IMG/VR virus record: IMGVR_UViG_3300029305_004190
Strand: one strand, 5' to 3'
Source: a virus
DNA length: 64,000 nt
The translations under genes and the position numbers were made by a program. Shown piece after piece: positions 25,221 to 35,293 of this stretch. The number at the start of each line of letters is the position of its first letter. Position 1 is the stretch's first letter. The notes beneath the pieces were generated by a model. That model saw nothing but the letters and a program-made list of their open reading frames with translations. It made no database searches and was not told the DNA's origin.

Positions 25221-25619
25221 GTGGGTAAAAGCAATAAACCCAAGCCACCGCAGTTTTCACACTCCATCAGTGCGTTCTGTAAGCTGATGGAAGATGCAAA
25301 AAGTGATTATGCGTGGAATTTCAGCGAGGTCAACCGAATGGACAGGCTTACACAGGATTACCTCCACAAACTTGAGCTGGAAGACCTCGATTATCAAGAA
25401 CGAGCCAAAATCGCAACTCAGTTGAGAAGATGCAGACAGGCTCGCAGAGCGTGTAAAGACACGGTCGAGGTTTTGGAACCGCTCGTCCAATTTTTAGAAA
25501 GCGATAAAGGCAAAAACCTTTTGAACCTTGTGCGTGAAGCGTTAGGAAAGACCAGAAAAGTTGAAGAACGCATGGAAACCCGCACATACATACCAAGAGT
25601 CTTAGAACAGGAGGAATGA
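25221..25619 (+). CDS. Hypothetical protein (132 aa)
   Basis: GTG start after AAGAGGAGG SD; basic/helical. Confidence 0.55.
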   Translation: MGKSNKPKPPQFSHSISAFCKLMEDAKSDYAWNFSEVNRMDRLTQDYLHKLELEDLDYQERAKIATQLRRCRQARRACKDTVEVLEPLVQFLESDKGKNLLNLVREALGKTRKVEERMETRTYIPRVLEQEE

Positions 25620-25620
25620 A

Positions 25621-25800
25621 ATGAACATAGTTTTCTGGCTCCTAATCATTATTGCTCTTGTTTTGGTGTGGTTCTGTCTGAGCTTTGCATTCAAAGGCGT
25701 TGGCGGAATCGGACTGAAACTGTACAATGATGCGAAAGACGAAATCACAGGCAAAGATGAAAAACATGAATCAAAGGAGAACAACAAGAATGAAGGGTAA
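25621..25800 (+). CDS. Small membrane protein (59 aa), not in ORF track
   Basis: MNIVFWLLIIIALVLVWFCLSFAF TM segment; ATG 2 nt after upstream stop; overlaps next gene by 12 nt. Confidence 0.35.
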   Translation: MNIVFWLLIIIALVLVWFCLSFAFKGVGGIGLKLYNDAKDEITGKDEKHESKENNKNEG

Positions 25801-26710
25801 GATTGGTGCAGTTATTATCGCCGTAGTGCTTCTGTTGGCACTCATCTGCTGCGTTAGCTGTCTGGAAAAGGTTCCGGCAGGTTATGTTGGCGTTGTGTAC
25901 AACATGAATGGCGGCGTTGACGGAGAAGTTCTGACACAGGGTTGGCATCTGGTGGCTCCCACTAAGAAGGTCACTACATATTCAATCGGTCTGGAACAGT
26001 CATATTTGACTTCTGAGAAAAAGGGTGATTCACCGAACGATGAGAGTTTCAGTATTCCTACATCAGACGGTAAAACTGTTAAGGTGAACCTCGAATTTTC
26101 ATACCGCTTTGATGAAGCGCGTGTGGCAGAAACATTCGTCATGTTTAAGGGTAAGTCAGGCGAATCAATCAAGGATACATTTATTAAGCCCAAGGTCATT
26201 GCTTGGACACAGGAAGTTTCTGCGAATTACCCCGTAACAGATATTTTTGGTGATAAGCGTACAGAAATCAATGCAGAGCTCGATGTTTATCTGCGTGATA
26301 AGTTTAACCAGTACGGTATTATCATCGACACAGTAAACTTTACAGACATTTCAGTAGATGAGGAGACTGCAGCAGCAATCCAGAAGAAAGTAACGGCACA
26401 ACAGGAGCTTGAGCTGGCAACAATCGAGGCGCAGACTGCACAGATTCAGGCGCAGAAAGAAAAGGATGTCGCTCGCATTGCTGCTGAAAAGGATAAGGAA
26501 GTAGCACAGATTGCGGCTGAGAAAGCGCTCATCGAAGCCAACGCACAGGCTGAGGTCATTCGAATTGCTGCCGAGGCGGAAGCAGAGGCAAACCGCGAAA
26601 TTGCAGCATCTCTTACTTCCGAACTGATTGAGAAGATTAAGTACGAACAGTGGAATGGTGTTCTTCCTACGGTTTCCGGCGCAAGTGCGCTGGTAAGCAT
26701 CGAGCCCTAA
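25789..26710 (+). CDS. SPFH/band-7 (stomatin/prohibitin/HflK-like) membrane protein
   Basis: N-terminal TM (IGAVIIAVVLLLALICC), SPFH core (GYVGVVYN...GWHLVAP), C-terminal A/E/Q-rich coiled coil; AAGGAG SD (track start 25727 judged too early). Confidence 0.75.
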
Positions 26711-26713
26711 CCA

Positions 26714-27004
26714 ATGTGGTTTCTTGAACTGCTTCAGTGGTGTTACGGAACTTCCATCATTTTAAGTATCATTTCATTCCTGCTTATGGTGATGAAGGCA
26801 ACGTATCTCTGGAAAAGTAAGCATCCCGACATCAAGTTACCCAAAACACCGTTGAACGACAATTTACACATAGTATTACAGCTCATGCTCATGGTACTGT
26901 GTCCTGTCATCAATGTAGTTTTCTTGTGGCTTGCTCTGTTCCATCTTGAAGAAACGTGTGACGAAGTCATTCGTAAGATGGAAATTAAACACGGGATAAC
27001 CTAA
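26714..27004 (+). CDS. Small membrane protein (96 aa)
   Basis: Two hydrophobic TM segments. Confidence 0.5.
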   Translation: MWFLELLQWCYGTSIILSIISFLLMVMKATYLWKSKHPDIKLPKTPLNDNLHIVLQLMLMVLCPVINVVFLWLALFHLEETCDEVIRKMEIKHGIT

Positions 27005-27025
27005 TTCAAAAGGAGGTAAAGTAAT

Positions 27026-27520
27026 TTGTCAACCACTTTATATCTGGTCGTTTTATTTCTCGCTAAGGTTTTGGACAACACACTTGGTACGGCGAAAACA
27101 ATTCTCGTACAAAGAAACCGTTGTGTACTTGCCGGTATCGCTCTTGGCTTGTCGAATTTCATTTACCTCAGCATCACAAAAAATATAGTAACTTCGGACA
27201 GCAGTCTCGCACTTGTGATAGTTTCCATAGCAAGTGGTGTAGGCTGCTGTTTGGCTGTTGCTTTAAGCAATCGCTTTTCTAAAGAGAAGACATATGTAAA
27301 TGTCATCATGTCCGATAACAAAGAAGCGATGAAAGAATTTCGAGATTTTCTCGCACAACATCATATCACTAATGTGGCAAACGACAGCTACACTTTGGAT
27401 TGGAGTACAAAAACAATCACTATAACGGCATATGCAGAAACAAAAGTGCAAAGCCGATTGATTGATACTTACATCGAAAACAGCCCCTTAAAGTTCAAGA
27501 GGCTGATTCGAAAGGGTTGA
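27026..27520 (+). CDS. Membrane protein (164 aa)
   Basis: TTG start 8 nt after AAAGGAGG; three hydrophobic segments then soluble C-terminal domain. Confidence 0.55.
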   Translation: MSTTLYLVVLFLAKVLDNTLGTAKTILVQRNRCVLAGIALGLSNFIYLSITKNIVTSDSSLALVIVSIASGVGCCLAVALSNRFSKEKTYVNVIMSDNKEAMKEFRDFLAQHHITNVANDSYTLDWSTKTITITAYAETKVQSRLIDTYIENSPLKFKRLIRKG

Positions 27521-27524
27521 TTCA

Positions 27525-27815
27525 ATGAGTACAGAGATAACAAACTTTCTTAAACGATTCCATTCGGATAAGGATGTAGATATTGTATTCACCTGTGGGT
27601 GTTGTTATTGGTTTGCCGAAATTCTATGCCGAAGATTTCCAACACAAAGCCGATTGATGTACGACCAAGTCGCTAATCACTTTGCTGTTGAAATTGATGG
27701 ACGCCTGTATGACATCACAGGCGATGTGACTGATAACTATGATGTCGAACCGTGGGATGAGCTGGACGATGACCTGCTCAAACAACGAATAATTCGAGAC
27801 TGTATTATGTTTTGA
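27525..27815 (+). CDS. Hypothetical protein (96 aa)
   Basis: ORF with Cys cluster CGCCYW. Confidence 0.5.
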   Translation: MSTEITNFLKRFHSDKDVDIVFTCGCCYWFAEILCRRFPTQSRLMYDQVANHFAVEIDGRLYDITGDVTDNYDVEPWDELDDDLLKQRIIRDCIMF

Positions 27816-27824
27816 GGTGATAAG

Positions 27825-28907
27825 ATGCGTAAATTAGCGTCAATCAGACAGATTGCCAATATCCGTCCAATTCCCGGTGCCGACCGAATTGTTGTGGCAC
27901 AGGTTGACGGTTGGGAATGTGTCGTTCAAAAAGATGAATTCCATGTAGGCGACCATGTCGTTTATGTCGAAGTCGATTCGGTAATGCCTGAACGTCCCGA
28001 GTTCGAGTTTTTGCGTGACCGAAAGTTCCGAGTGAGAACCATTAAGCTTCGTGGTCAAGTCAGCCAAGGATTGGTTCTTCCTCTTTCAATTCTTCCCGAG
28101 GGCGATTACTCCTTAGAGGATGATGTTACGGAGTTACTTGGTGTTACCAAGTACGACCCGGAAGCACAGCAGGAGGCGATGCTGCTTCAGAAACAGCCTG
28201 CTCCTCCCAAGAATGCTCTCATTCGATTCCTGATGCGATTCAAGTGGTACCGCAAGCTCTTTATGAAATCCAAACGCAAGGGCGGATTTCCTGAGTGGAT
28301 TACTAAGACGGACGAGACTCGCATTCAGAATCTGACCACACTTTTCAACCATGAACGTGACAAGGGAACGAAATTTTCAGTCACTGAAAAGGTGGATGGT
28401 CAGTCAGCTACATATTATCTTCGTAAAATCTCCAAGAGAAAATATGAGTTCGGCGTATGCAGTAGAAATATCTACCTTGGTACACCGGATAACAGTTCCT
28501 ACTGGACGGTTGCAAAACAGTATGACATCGAGAAAGCGCTCAAGAAGCTCATCGGTGATAATAATACCATTGTAATGCAGGGCGAAATCTGCGGCACTGG
28601 AATCCAAGGAAACAAGTACCACATCAATGGCTACGAGCTGTTTGTTTTCAATCTGATTTTCCCCGACCGTAAGTGTACAACCGCCGAAATTGCAGAACTT
28701 TGCGCCCCCCTCGGACTCAAGACAGTACCTATTCTGGAAGAAGAAAAGGTGCTGCCGCAGACCATTGCCGAAATGGTGGAGTATTCAAAGGACAACTCTG
28801 TTGTGCGTAAAGAGCAGAAGCGAGAGGGTGTTGTGGTTCGCAACATCAGAAACAATATCAGCTTTAAGGTAATCAATCCTGATTTCCTTTTAGCGGAAAA
28901 GGACTAA
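27825..28907 (+). CDS. Putative RNA ligase (covalent nucleotidyltransferase, Rnl-like)
   Basis: KVDGQS lysine-adenylate motif I (KxDG) mid-protein, later EGVVV and K-rich motif V-like region; N-terminal OB-like segment. Confidence 0.55.
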   Translation: MRKLASIRQIANIRPIPGADRIVVAQVDGWECVVQKDEFHVGDHVVYVEVDSVMPERPEFEFLRDRKFRVRTIKLRGQVSQGLVLPLSILPEGDYSLEDDVTELLGVTKYDPEAQQEAMLLQKQPAPPKNALIRFLMRFKWYRKLFMKSKRKGGFPEWITKTDETRIQNLTTLFNHERDKGTKFSVTEKVDGQSATYYLRKISKRKYEFGVCSRNIYLGTPDNSSYWTVAKQYDIEKALKKLIGDNNTIVMQGEICGTGIQGNKYHINGYELFVFNLIFPDRKCTTAEIAELCAPLGLKTVPILEEEKVLPQTIAEMVEYSKDNSVVRKEQKREGVVVRNIRNNISFKVINPDFLLAEKD

Positions 28908-28909
28908 TT

Positions 28910-29392
28910 ATGGGCAGAGGAAAATACGAAGATTTAACCGGCACATGGTTCGATAAAATCGAGGTTTTGAATCGTGCTCCGAGAGAGCGAGGCGGTCATC
29001 CCAAATGGGTATGCCGTTGTGAGTGTGGTAATATCTTTATTGCTCAAGCGAGATATCTGAAATCCGGCAAAACCAAGTCATGCGGTTGTCTTAAAAAAGG
29101 CAAGCCCGCAAACGAGATGCCAATCCGCGATATGTGGAAGAATTCAGAAAGTCTCGATGCGCTTGACATGGAAAATGAAGAACCGTATCAGAACCTTGCC
29201 AATGCGATTATCGCCGTTGCTGCAGATGATTACAGAGCTGCTCTGAAAGAGAACAATGAGAAGCTCAAAGCAAGTTTGGAGAAGTTTTTCCATTCAAATT
29301 GGTATAAGACACTTACCAATGTGGACGGCGACAGTTTGATTGCTCTACTGCAAAAAGAGCACACTGCAGCACTCGCTACTGCAAATACATAA
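28910..29392 (+). CDS. Hypothetical zinc-ribbon protein (160 aa)
   Basis: CRCECG...SCGC cysteine cluster. Confidence 0.55.
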   Translation: MGRGKYEDLTGTWFDKIEVLNRAPRERGGHPKWVCRCECGNIFIAQARYLKSGKTKSCGCLKKGKPANEMPIRDMWKNSESLDALDMENEEPYQNLANAIIAVAADDYRAALKENNEKLKASLEKFFHSNWYKTLTNVDGDSLIALLQKEHTAALATANT

Positions 29393-29422
29393 TTCAATAT
29401 ACATCATTTCAAGGAGGTTCCT

Positions 29423-30043
29423 ATGAATCTGAAAGAATCATTCCGCTACCAAAATTTCTTGGAGAGCATGATGAGCTCTGCCGGTGAAAGTATCACAAAT
29501 CGTGAGCACAGCTTGGCGGTTACCAAGAAACATCTTCGCAGTAAAGCAAACAGCGATGCCGAGGATATGTATGAAAACGTAGATTTCGGCGAGTTCCATA
29601 AAAACGATGATGTGCTGAGCTTTATGCTTTTTCTTGTGAACGAGAGAGAAAAGCTGACAACTGCAATCGGAAAGGCGAAAGCGACGATTGGCTTTGACCT
29701 TGACGCGGCTGTAGAAACAAACAAGTTCCGCCAGACGTTGGCTTACAGAGCAAAGATAATGTTGCGTTACGCTTCTTCAAAGAAGATGGAGCGTGGCACA
29801 GATTATAAGTTCAATGCCGAGGGTAACCAGAACCAGTATTTCTATGACATCGAGGTTGAATATACCGAAGCATTTGACCGCGAAGCAGCAAAGCGCTTGG
29901 TTAAAGAGATTGCAACAGAGGCGGACAAAACCTCTGCCGCGATTGATTCAGCCATGATTAACACGCAGGTTGATTATACTGCGCCTTTCAATGTGAATGA
30001 TTCCTTCGATGATGTAATGGAAGAGTTCCTTGCAATGAAGTAA
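29423..30043 (+). CDS. Hypothetical protein (206 aa)
   Basis: AAGGAGG SD. Confidence 0.6.
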   Translation: MNLKESFRYQNFLESMMSSAGESITNREHSLAVTKKHLRSKANSDAEDMYENVDFGEFHKNDDVLSFMLFLVNEREKLTTAIGKAKATIGFDLDAAVETNKFRQTLAYRAKIMLRYASSKKMERGTDYKFNAEGNQNQYFYDIEVEYTEAFDREAAKRLVKEIATEADKTSAAIDSAMINTQVDYTAPFNVNDSFDDVMEEFLAMK

Positions 30044-30053
30044 ATAGCAGACG

Positions 30054-30078
30054 AGCCGACTTGTTCGGCTCCCTGCTT
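30054..30078 (+). terminator. Stem-loop at operon end (weak terminator; no U-tract)
   Basis: GAGCCGA-cttgt-TCGGCTC directly after stop codon. Confidence 0.35.
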
Positions 30079-30544
30079 CAGGCAGAAGCAATCAGAGATA
30101 CTTTATTTGGCGTTTGACAGAGCGCATCTGTCACCGACAGCGATGCCGGTTTCACAATCATAAATACCGGAACAGTGATATTGCATCATGGTTCTGCTCT
30201 TTATAGATGTAAATACTACTTATCAAGTAAGTTGATGATAAATCATTCCACCTTCTTGGGATGCTTTAGCAAGAAAAAAGAACGTAAGCCGTATTACAAA
30301 GCGCCAAAACAATATCCGCTCTAACACCATTCTCCAACCACAAGACGTATCGCTAATGAGTCAGCCACAAAAGTCCCCGCCGACAACCATCAGACGGCTG
30401 ATTTCTGGAGTTTGATAGACTCAAATAAAATCGTTTTGAGGATGTTCCTCTTAACAATTTAATGCGTTGGTTAACAGCGACATATTGTATATCCAAAATA
30501 AAATATCAACGTGCGTTTCTGCTTGAAGCAGAGTGCCGAACTCA

Positions 30545-30575
30545 AAGCCAGCCAATTCGAGCTGGCTTTTCTTAT
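30545..30575 (+). terminator. Rho-independent terminator
   Basis: AAGCCAGC-caattcga-GCTGGCTT followed by TTCTTATATCTTT. Confidence 0.55.
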
Positions 30576-30605
30576 ATCTTTACCGAATTTACAGGAGGTG
30601 GTTTC

Positions 30606-31271
30606 TTGCGTGTAAGCATAAGTAAGGGCAACGAAAAACTGGGTTCTATTCAAAGCGTGTCGTTACCCTCTGGCGTGACCTGCAGAGAATGTGACTGCAG
30701 AAAGAAATGTTATGCTCGACGAATTGAGCAGCGTCGTAAGAGTGTGCGAAATGCATACCAAAACAATCTGACTGTATTGAATAAAGAACCTGATACATAT
30801 TGGCGGGAGGTCGAAGCAGCAATCATGCTGTCACGATACTTCCGCTTTCATGTTTCTGGCGATATCCCATCCTCCGATTACTTTGAACGGATGGTAGAAA
30901 TCGCAAAGCGCAATCCACATTGCGAGGTTTTGTGCTTTACAAAGAAGTATGAAATCATAAATGACTATCTCAGCAAGTCTTATTTGGATTCCATCAGAGG
31001 AACCACCATTCACCCGCAACTCTACAATATGTGGATGATAGCAGAACAGTTTCTTCCCAAAAACTTGCACATCATCATGAGTGCATGGAAAGGGTTGGAA
31101 ATGAATAATCCGTACACACTACCGGAGGCTCACGTTCGATACCGCGATGGTACAACAACTGCCAAAGAGGGAGCAAAAGAATGTAGCGGGAACTGTACCG
31201 AATGTGCCATCACAGATGAAGGTTGCTGGACACTTGGATATGGAGAACAGGTGATATTCAATGAACACTAA
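30606..31271 (+). CDS. Cys-rich hypothetical protein (221 aa)
   Basis: TTG start 6 nt after AGGAGG; the upstream part of track ORF 30462-31271 contains the terminator above and is rejected; CxxC...CxxC clusters. Confidence 0.55.
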   Translation: MRVSISKGNEKLGSIQSVSLPSGVTCRECDCRKKCYARRIEQRRKSVRNAYQNNLTVLNKEPDTYWREVEAAIMLSRYFRFHVSGDIPSSDYFERMVEIAKRNPHCEVLCFTKKYEIINDYLSKSYLDSIRGTTIHPQLYNMWMIAEQFLPKNLHIIMSAWKGLEMNNPYTLPEAHVRYRDGTTTAKEGAKECSGNCTECAITDEGCWTLGYGEQVIFNEH

Positions 31272-31641
31272 TGTAAAGAAATTCTTTGAACGCTTGACCC
31301 GCAGTGGTTTTGAAAAAGCTTGGCAGAAAGTACATGACGAATACGATGCCGTATGCAAAGAACGTGACCGCTGCCGCCAACTCGTAAACGAGTGGAACAA
31401 GGATGAAGAAATTCAAAAAGCACAGCAACAAGCTGAGTTTTACAGGAGGCATAGCCTTCATGAACTCTCCAAAGAAGAGGCTCGACGAATTCATGAGTTC
31501 CGTGAAACTCATTACAAATCATGTAAAAACAGCGGAATGTACCTGTTCGTATTGGAAGGCACCGGTCTCGGAGAGGCAATAACGATTAAATGCCCATGCT
31601 GTAATGAGGAAGAAGATGTGACCGATTACAGTACATGGTAA
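31261..31641 (+). CDS. Hypothetical protein (126 aa) with C-terminal CPCC zinc-finger-like motif
   Basis: ORF overlapping upstream stop. Confidence 0.5.
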   Translation: MNTNVKKFFERLTRSGFEKAWQKVHDEYDAVCKERDRCRQLVNEWNKDEEIQKAQQQAEFYRRHSLHELSKEEARRIHEFRETHYKSCKNSGMYLFVLEGTGLGEAITIKCPCCNEEEDVTDYSTW

Positions 31642-31650
31642 GGAGGTAAC

Positions 31651-31947
31651 ATGGATTTTTTCGAAATGGATGAACTATTCCGCACCTATAAGCCACCTGC
31701 GATGTATCTTCTTACAGTGGCTGAATCCAAGAAAGATAACCCGGTTCACGATGATATTAACGGACGGGTAGCCTATCCATTATATCTTCAAAAGGGTGAG
31801 CGTGGATACATATGTTTCTTGACCGATGATGAAAAGTTTCATCGCTTGCACACCTCGTTGATTGAGGATGTAACGCCATGGGGCAATGGAGAAGATACAA
31901 TCATTGTTCAGACAATGAATACTAAGTATGCAATGATAAAGTTATAA
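31651..31947 (+). CDS. Hypothetical protein (98 aa)
   Basis: AAGGAGG SD. Confidence 0.55.
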   Translation: MDFFEMDELFRTYKPPAMYLLTVAESKKDNPVHDDINGRVAYPLYLQKGERGYICFLTDDEKFHRLHTSLIEDVTPWGNGEDTIIVQTMNTKYAMIKL

Positions 31948-31974
31948 ACCGCAGACAAAAGGAAGGAGCTTCCT

Positions 31975-32466
31975 ATGATGAAAATTTCGGGTAAGAATTT
32001 TACTTGTGATGAATGTCCCGCTTGCAAGGGTCTTGATTACAGACTGAAAGTCGCAGAAGAGGGCGGATACGAACCGCAGATTGAATACTGTGGCTGTGAC
32101 AAAGTGCAGTCCGAGTTTTATGCCGGTGGTTTTTGTGGCGATGCTTTCACAGATGAGACACCGCAGAAGAAACACAAACCCAGAAAGACAGGTTCAGCAT
32201 ACCGTCGCTTAATGAAGAAACAGAAGAAAGACAGGTTGATGAAAATCATCAACAGGGGTGGGTACAATCCAGCAGCAGGATATGTCGATTGGGACTTTGT
32301 TGACGGCGAGTGGAAGCCTATCGGAAAGTACATCAAGTACCCTAAGAATTCAAACCAGCAGAGATTCTTCAAACGCTATTCTAACAGAAAAGCGAGAAGA
32401 GAGGAACTCCCGACCAAAGGCAACGGATACCGCAGACACTTCGATTACTGGTGGACGTTGTATTGA
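31975..32466 (+). CDS. Hypothetical basic protein (163 aa)
   Basis: AAGGAGC SD; CDECPACK zinc-ribbon-like N-terminus. Confidence 0.55.
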   Translation: MMKISGKNFTCDECPACKGLDYRLKVAEEGGYEPQIEYCGCDKVQSEFYAGGFCGDAFTDETPQKKHKPRKTGSAYRRLMKKQKKDRLMKIINRGGYNPAAGYVDWDFVDGEWKPIGKYIKYPKNSNQQRFFKRYSNRKARREELPTKGNGYRRHFDYWWTLY

Positions 32467-32475
32467 TAAGAAAGG

Positions 32476-32709
32476 ATGAGAGATATGCACAAATATAAAA
32501 TCGAACTTGTTACAACATCTGACATCGTGACCTTCGTAAATATTGCCTCCGCTCAAAACGGAAGTGTGAAGCTCATTGATGATTCTGGATTCTGCGTCAA
32601 TGGAAAGAGCTTGCTTGGAGCAATGGCAACGGTTGAGTGGAACTCCTTGTACTGTGTTTCAGACGAGGACATCTACATGAAGATTAAGCAGTTCTGCACG
32701 GAGGATTGA
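32476..32709 (+). CDS. Hypothetical protein (77 aa)
   Basis: ORF with SD AAGGATGAG. Confidence 0.45.
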   Translation: MRDMHKYKIELVTTSDIVTFVNIASAQNGSVKLIDDSGFCVNGKSLLGAMATVEWNSLYCVSDEDIYMKIKQFCTED

Positions 32710-32710
32710 A

Positions 32711-33292
32711 ATGTTTGAAGCTATTACAGTGTTCAAGGGCGAACACTATTTTCTCAGTAACTTTTATTCCGCTCCTGTAGTTTTCGAGGGAGTACGATAC
32801 GAAAACAATGAAGCAGCATTTCAGGCTGCCAAGTGTCCAAGCAGAAAGCATGAGTTCTGTAATCTGAACCCATCAGAAGCCAAGCGCCTTGGTCGTCAAG
32901 TTGAACTTCGTCCGGATTGGGAGCGGGTTAAGTACGATATCATGTATCGAATCTGCAAGGAAAAATTCATGCAGAATCATGACCTTAGAATTAAGCTCAT
33001 CGGTACGAAAGATGCTGAGCTTATTGAAGGCAATGACTGGAATGATACGATTTGGGGCGTGTGCAACGGTGTTGGTGAAAATCATCTTGGCAGAATTTTG
33101 ATGCGGGTCAGAGACGAGGTCAAATTCGGTTACAAATGCGAGCACAGCGAATGTACAGAAAGGGATTGTATTTTCCACAAGAACAGCACCGGAAAGTATG
33201 CCGAATCAACGGACAAGATGCCTTTCTATTACCCGGAGAGCGCATGGGAAGTTGAATGCTGTATGTGTTATGACATAAGGAGTTCGTTATGA
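32711..33292 (+). CDS. NADAR-domain protein (YbiA-like; NAD/ADP-ribose metabolism)
   Basis: N-terminal FKGEHYFLSNFYSAPVVFEGVRYENNEAAFQAAK matches the YbiA/NADAR signature (FLSNFYP...Y.S.EHYFQA.K). Confidence 0.7.
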   Translation: MFEAITVFKGEHYFLSNFYSAPVVFEGVRYENNEAAFQAAKCPSRKHEFCNLNPSEAKRLGRQVELRPDWERVKYDIMYRICKEKFMQNHDLRIKLIGTKDAELIEGNDWNDTIWGVCNGVGENHLGRILMRVRDEVKFGYKCEHSECTERDCIFHKNSTGKYAESTDKMPFYYPESAWEVECCMCYDIRSSL

Positions 33293-33648
33293 AATACCGA
33301 GTGTATGATACAGTCAAAGAAAAATATGTAACTGACAACCCATGCTGGATTTTGAAACCCGATGGGACATTGAAATACAATGATTATGGCGACGAAACGG
33401 GTATGCCTCATTGTATTGCCGAATTCTCAACCGGAGAAACAGACAAGAATGGCGTTGAAATCTTTGAAGGCGATATTGTCTTAATGAACGGTTATCGCGG
33501 TGGAAGACATCGCGCCACTGTATATTTCCGTAAAGGAAAATTTGCTGTTGACGGAACAAATTACCACTTCAAAGACTTGGCACCCTCGACATATGAGGTG
33601 ATTGGAAACATTCACGATACAGCCGATAGGAGAAAAGCACATGGCTGA
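33289..33648 (+). CDS. YopX-family phage protein
   Basis: DKNGVEIFEGDIV...YEVIGNIHD pattern typical of YopX. Confidence 0.65.
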   Translation: MKYRVYDTVKEKYVTDNPCWILKPDGTLKYNDYGDETGMPHCIAEFSTGETDKNGVEIFEGDIVLMNGYRGGRHRATVYFRKGKFAVDGTNYHFKDLAPSTYEVIGNIHDTADRRKAHG

Positions 33649-34255
33649 GTTTTGTTTCGAATGCTTCTGCAAACTGATTGCAGATACCAATGATTTTCCG
33701 ATTGTTGGCGAGAAGAAAGATTTGTGTGAGGGGTGCGGTCAGGTCAAGCCTGTGGTAGTAACCACAATTCCAAAGCCTGTGAGAGTTCTGTTTTTGGACT
33801 ACGATGGTGTGGTAAACACACCGATGTGGAATGAAGACGGTACCAAATGCAGATATAACTTCCCAAGCGACGGTAAGGTAAACAACTTCCAAGCCGTCCA
33901 ATGGATATCTGAATTCTGCCAGAAGTACGGATATCACATCGTAGTAACGAGCACATGGCGGTTAGATAGTAACTATAAAGAGTGTCTCACTAACGGTGGT
34001 CTTCGTAATGGCATCGAGATTTTAGGCAGAACAGAGAGCTTGAACAAAAAGTGCCGTGGGGATGAAATCAAGTTGTATCTTGAATCACACCCTGAAATCA
34101 AAAGTTACATAATCGTCGATGACGAAGACGATATACTCGAAGAGCAGCGTCCATATTTCGTCGAGACAGATGGTTACTTTGGTTTCGGATTGGCAGATGT
34201 TAATAAATGCGAACGGATTCATAAGCAGGTGGCAAATGCCAAAAGCGCCGATTGA
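33642..34255 (+). CDS. HAD-superfamily phosphatase (polynucleotide 3'-phosphatase-like) with N-terminal zinc ribbon
   Basis: LFLDYDGVV (DxDx[TV] motif I), later IIVDDEDD motif; CFECFC...CEGCG N-terminus; start chosen at 33642 (track ORF starts inside the previous gene). Confidence 0.6.
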
Positions 34256-34472
34256 TATTCAAGAGCTAAAGTTCAGATGTACCACAATGGATAAAGACCC
34301 GGATTTCAACTTCGGTGTTAATCCATGTGGCAACTCAATCAAGGTCGGTGATATCTGGTTATGCGGAGATAAGAACGGGAGATACTGTCCGAGTTACACA
34401 TTTGAACGCTGTGGTGGTGCGGTTTCTTTGCGAAAAAGTAATGGAGGTTTAACAAGTGGAGATAGTGGTTGA
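34236..34472 (+). CDS. Hypothetical protein (78 aa)
   Basis: ATG start chosen to avoid overlap with upstream gene. Confidence 0.4.
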   Translation: MPKAPIDIQELKFRCTTMDKDPDFNFGVNPCGNSIKVGDIWLCGDKNGRYCPSYTFERCGGAVSLRKSNGGLTSGDSG

Positions 34473-34686
34473 AACTTTTGATGGAGTCCGCATTTATTTC
34501 GATGAGGGAGATACCATCATAATGAACGATACTTTTATCACTTTTAACGACATCATTTCTTGGATGTCAGACGGAACGCTTTCATTACATGGACTAAGGG
34601 GCGCAACCCCTATCAAGTCCTCGGGGCATAGTCGAAGCAAGACTAAGTTACAAATGCAGCTTCCATTGTTGGCGGCAACTTTTTGA
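34456..34686 (+). CDS. Hypothetical protein (76 aa)
   Basis: ORF with GGAGG SD. Confidence 0.45.
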   Translation: MEIVVETFDGVRIYFDEGDTIIMNDTFITFNDIISWMSDGTLSLHGLRGATPIKSSGHSRSKTKLQMQLPLLAATF

Positions 34687-34704
34687 TTATGAAAGGCTGA
34701 TTTT

Positions 34705-34929
34705 ATGCACGAGATAACAAGATGGGACGAGCGTAATGAGTGGCTGACTACTCGTGAGCGTATTGGTTTTATCGGTAGTTCAGATACTGTTGCACTACAG
34801 AATGATATCTGGACGATAGAATTGTATCAAAAACACGATGGTGGTTACTCAATCTTCATAACACTTGACTCGGATGAGTCTTGGTTCGTGTGCGATTTTG
34901 AAGATGTCCCTGAGATGATGAAAGGTTAA
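34705..34929 (+). CDS. Hypothetical protein (74 aa)
   Basis: ORF in compact small-gene array. Confidence 0.45.
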   Translation: MHEITRWDERNEWLTTRERIGFIGSSDTVALQNDIWTIELYQKHDGGYSIFITLDSDESWFVCDFEDVPEMMKG

Positions 34930-34933
34930 TTTT

Positions 34934-35278
34934 ATGAGATTGGATAACTTAAAAGTCAAACTTGCATTGGTGATTCCGTTTGGTCGTCCGGACAAAAACG
35001 GTGTTATGTACTCGAGGGAAGCCATCGAAAAGGCAGTGGGTGATTTCAATGGAAAACTGCCAATTATCTATCGTGATAACGATTCGTGTAAAGACGGAGT
35101 TGTTATTGGCAACACAGTCGGAGAAACTTGTTCTGTGTTATGGGATGATGAGCAACAGGTATGTGAAGTAGTTGTCAATGGAAATGTGTACTATGGCGGC
35201 GCTGATATCATTGCGAATGAAATCAAAGATGGTGCGGTAACAGATTTCCGTATCACATCCGTTGGTTTGTCACGATGA
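34934..35278 (+). CDS. Hypothetical protein (114 aa)
   Basis: ORF in compact small-gene array. Confidence 0.5.
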   Translation: MRLDNLKVKLALVIPFGRPDKNGVMYSREAIEKAVGDFNGKLPIIYRDNDSCKDGVVIGNTVGETCSVLWDDEQQVCEVVVNGNVYYGGADIIANEIKDGAVTDFRITSVGLSR

Positions 35279-35293
35279 GGAGAGGATAATGTT

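Noticed and set aside
30462-30605. 5' extension of the track ORF 30462-31271
   Set aside because: The extension contains a rho-independent terminator (30545-30575) and has no SD; the SD-supported TTG at 30606 is used instead.
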